From Chlorokybus atmophyticus (Eukaryota > Plantae > Mesostigma and Chlorokybus algae): a DNA stretch of 64,000 nt. Position 1 is the stretch's first letter; each line of letters begins with the position of its first letter. This document shows, in pieces, positions 60,479-64,000 of this stretch. The notes under the pieces were generated by a model that worked only from the letters and a program-made list of their open reading frames with translations, was not told the DNA's origin and ran no database searches. The stretch spans positions 186,001 through 250,000 of the forward strand of contig RHPI01002438.1 of NCBI GenBank assembly GCA_009103225.1, in the 5' to 3' direction. A program made the translations under genes and the position numbers.

Positions 60479-61288
60479 ATGGCAATGGCAAATTGCCTGT
60501 GGCTACCTCTTTCAGTAAGCCTGAGTCAGTCGGTTTGCAAAAAAGCTGTGCAACACAGCAAGTGCAATGGCAATGAGTGACCAAGCTGGCAGCTGCCTCA
60601 GAACCAAGGGTGCCGGGTGCAGCGCAGGCTTATCGGCGCAGCGGTCGCTTGCTGAAAGGCTTGCTATACCAATAATGCGACACTTGTACGTTTGTATAGA
60701 GTAAAGTTGTTTCACCGCCATTCTGTTGGTGCCTGGCAGCATCGGCCTCCAAAGTCTGGGCATGTACAAAGGCAGCTTGCAGTGGTGTTGAGATTCAGAT
60801 AAGTTTGTCAGTTCAAATAAGTTTGTCGGTTGCTGCCGTTGTTATATGTCCTGATCCTGAATAATCAAAGCACAAAGCACTCTACATATCCTGTAAATTA
60901 AGCAAGGGATGGCTGCCACAACCGCAGATGTCTGAACACACCAGCCTGACAGCTTAACCAACAACCCTGACATACCCAAAAAAACTTGCAGCTGATGCGG
61001 AAAGCATAGGGCAATTATGCATGCGTCCGGTCAACAGTACTCATGCTGCAAACCACTAACTTGATGGTGGCATGATTGCAAGGAGTCATTCACAAACAAA
61101 CAGCAGCAGAGATGCTTGCCAGCTGCGCAACAAACAGTCAATATAGGAACAAACAAGCAACAACGGCTACAGACAGTGAGCGGGTCACGTTGCGCACTAA
61201 GCAACTCTACCGTGTATACAGACAATCACCTGATACCTGCAGCATTCAGGCACATGGAAAACGGAGCCACACAGTCATAGTATGCTCA

Positions 61289-62765
61289 CTAACGTCTGCC
61301 ATTGCTTACGGAGCTTTCCTGCTTCTGCCTCAAGACTGCTGAGCGCGGCGCCACTTTCATGGCCTCAACCAGCCACTCAACGGCATCCATCACACCGGAA
61401 CTGTTCAGGGCAACCACGCAATAGTACAATATTTGTTGAGTTAGCTCTGGCAATGCAACATGCTTGGTTGCGGTAAACTATGCTGTATCCAGAGCCGTAC
61501 CCATCGAATGAAGATGCTGGTCGTACGGCACACAACCTGTGCTGCGATATCTCATCAATGTTTACCACCTTCGCGACGTCAACAGGTGATGTTGCGCGCT
61601 GCAAGTCCTGTGAAAACACGAGCAAGTAAACCATACAGCCACCATGAGATACTGCTAGTAGGAGCTGTAGTACGTCAATACTACACATGCAGCATACATC
61701 CACGCACTGCACCTGTTTGCTTGCGAGAACTAGTAGCGGTGCGCCAGCTAGTGCTTGACTTGAAAGTGCCCTGTCTGTAATGTATAATCAATAAAGGTCA
61801 GTAGGTCAGTAGGTCAATAACGGCCACATATGCACATTGGACACAAGAGCTGCACGTACTCAAAGCTCCATTAGCCTCAGCAAACCGCTCAGGACAAGTA
61901 GAATCAAACACGTAAAGCACCGCATTGGCTTCCTCAAAGTACTTATCCCAGATAGTCTGTAAACTAGCCTACACACAGTGCCACACGGATTGTTAATGTA
62001 TTATTAGTCACACGCCTCACGATACCAAAGACTATGCAATAGGTGCATTGTCGACAGCACTAGTGATACCTGCCCACCCAGATCCCAGAAAATAAGCTTT
62101 GCTTTTCGCACTTCCACCCGCCCAATGTTCAGACCAACGGTTGGGACGACGTGATCTGGAGGCAGGCCCTCAGAGTCTGTACAAGAGGACTTTATCTTCT
62201 CTAGGAGGGTCTGCCACAAGTGGTATCATACTCAGAAGGAGTTGGATGCGAGGGACCATGCAGCAATATCTACAGCATGGCAATGTGTAGTTTGACACGC
62301 ACAATGATACTACCATGATACAGCTGTGCTCCACCAGTGTTATGGCGTATCAGCAACAGTGGTTCACTACGCGAAGCAGGGTGTCACTGCTTGTATAACC
62401 ACATTGTGATGGTGCGCGTCGATGTGTCATATATGTGTGGCATCACATGCATGCAATGCGGACAACAAATCATATGGTAAATTCAACTACCTAGTGCTCG
62501 CATCAACCTTCCTGCTGCGGGCAATGCACGGGCGATGCGGGCATTTGTACAAACGGCTGTTGACAATGCCTCCTGGCTTGCATGAGACAGCAAACCACTC
62601 ATCTGCCGTCCATCAGCTGTGCACTGTTGCAACAATCTCAACCAATCATGCACACGTAAGAGAGGAGAGTACCGTTTTGCCAGCATGATCAAGGCCGAGG
62701 ATGAGGACATGGAATTCCGCTTTTTTGAAAAGCAGGCTCCACAAGCCATACAGAAGCTCAAACAT
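61289..62765 (-). CDS. ARFRP1: ADP-ribosylation factor-related protein 1 (Arl3/ARFRP1 GTPase)
   Basis: MFELLYGLWSLLFKKAEFHVLILGLDHAGKT|TLLEKIK...VVPTVGLNIGR...FWDLGGQ|ASLQTIWDKYFEEANAVLYVFDS. Confidence 0.92.
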
Positions 62766-63280
62766 CGCCCGGCTGCCAGCTCCGGAGGCAGCGCTCACCC
62801 TCCTATCCTCATCCTCGTCGGCTTTGACCTTGCCCTTGACCTTGCCACCACCGGCTGAAGGCCCAAAGCACGCAGCTAAGCAGCCCCTGCCCGCAGGCCC
62901 GCAACCCAGAAACCCTATCCAGCCGACAACAAGCTGCTCCCACCAAACCGCTGGAGGCTGCACTCCCCCGCTCCCACCAGCTCTCCCCAGTCGCTTGTAC
63001 CCCGCCGTTGCGACCGCCCTTCTACAACATTGCCTGCCCCATGCTACCAGCCACCGCCTTCGCCGCCGCCTGCAGTCACACCCCGTTGCCACGTGGCACT
63101 GAGACAAGCAAATGACACTTCACGCCAGCAGATTACGCTCTGATTATAGAGACCAGTCGCTGACATACAGTCAGGTGTGCGTAACCCATGGTCATCTAAC
63201 GCTTGACCACACGCCAGCGTGGCAGGCAATGGATCTTAGTGTAACAGCGCAATTTAGTTACGTGCTTAGGATTTCTAAAG

Positions 63281-63289
63281 TTAGGGTTT
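63281..63289 (-). promoter_or_regulatory. Telo-box (TTAGGGTTT) about 50 nt upstream of the NDUFV1 start
   Basis: Exact reverse complement of AAACCCTAA. Confidence 0.5.
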
Positions 63290-63341
63290 TGTCGCTGCTG
63301 CTGTCATTATTGGTGTCGTCGCTGTTGTCGCCGCCGCCAGG

Positions 63342-64000
63342 ATGGCGTTGGCGGGTACGGGGCTGAGGGTTCTGCGAAGGGCCGCAGCTACCGCTACTAG
63401 TTCCGGCAGAGCGTTTGCGTCCGCCCCGGGTGCCCAGGCGGCGCCCGCTGAGAAGACAAGCTATGGCGGCTTGAAGGATGAGGTGCGTTGTTGTCGTTGC
63501 TGCAGCTGCTTTTGTTGATGATGGTGATGCTTTTTACTGTCTTGGTTAGTATTGATTGGTTGAATTGTTGGTGCTTAAGCTCAGCTTATGTAGCCCTGCT
63601 TGCTTTTTGGCGTCTTTGCTAAACGCGTGCATGCACGTTTGCAGGATCGCATCTTCACAAACCTCTATGGGCAATATGACGTTGGGCTTAAGGGTGCCGA
63701 GAAGCGTGGGGATTGGCACCGGACCAAGGATCTTGTGGAGAAAGGTACAGACTGGATTGTTGCTCAGATCAAGGCCAGCGGCCTGCGCGGCCGTGGAGGC
63801 GCTGGCTTTCCGTCTGGCCTGAAGTGGTCGTTCATGCCCAAGGTACGTCGACGTTTGTGTTAATAGGTTGGGTGAGTGGGCTAGACGCTATTTGACGACT
63901 TGCTCACGGATAATGTGTCGAAGAGTTCTAGGGCATGTGTGCTGGCAAGATGCAGTGGTATTCTTCGAGTCAACATACGTTTGCAATTGTTCGGTCTATA
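63342..64000 (+). CDS. NDUFV1: Mitochondrial complex I 51-kDa flavoprotein subunit, 5' part (runs off the window)
   Basis: Presequence [15 protein letters not shown]..., then YGGLKDE|DRIFTNLYG...GDWHRTKDL...[22 protein letters not shown] (last visible exon ends at 63843). Confidence 0.95.

Overview
Intron-rich eukaryotic nuclear DNA. The plant-type ARP7, SKA2, NIPA8-like, INSIG-domain and AP2-subfamily genes suggest an early-diverging streptophyte green alga; the organism is my inference. I support about 17 spliced genes, many in head-to-head pairs: TRM10, a CD36/LIMP-II-family receptor, a large PHD-PHD-WD40-Tudor-CWx4 chromatin reader, CHMP7, a 93-aa MGxxxS microprotein, an INSIG-domain protein, an unresolved transit-peptide gene, ARP7, SKA2, an AP2 factor, ARPC1, UAP1 with an organellar transit peptide, a NIPA Mg2+ transporter, RRP4, TRAP-beta, BORCS8, ARFRP1 and a 5' part of NDUFV1. 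Gene-poor blocks (about 8.0-11.0, 31.3-36.9 and 46.2-50.4 kb) hold inverted repeats, a dispersed stem-loop repeat and palindromes. A TA-flanked MITE lies at 24.0-24.2 kb. Best leads: the seven-reader chromatin protein, the possibly dual-targeted UAP1, the algal CD36, and at least seven inferred GC-AG introns. All exon models were read by eye; no searches were run.
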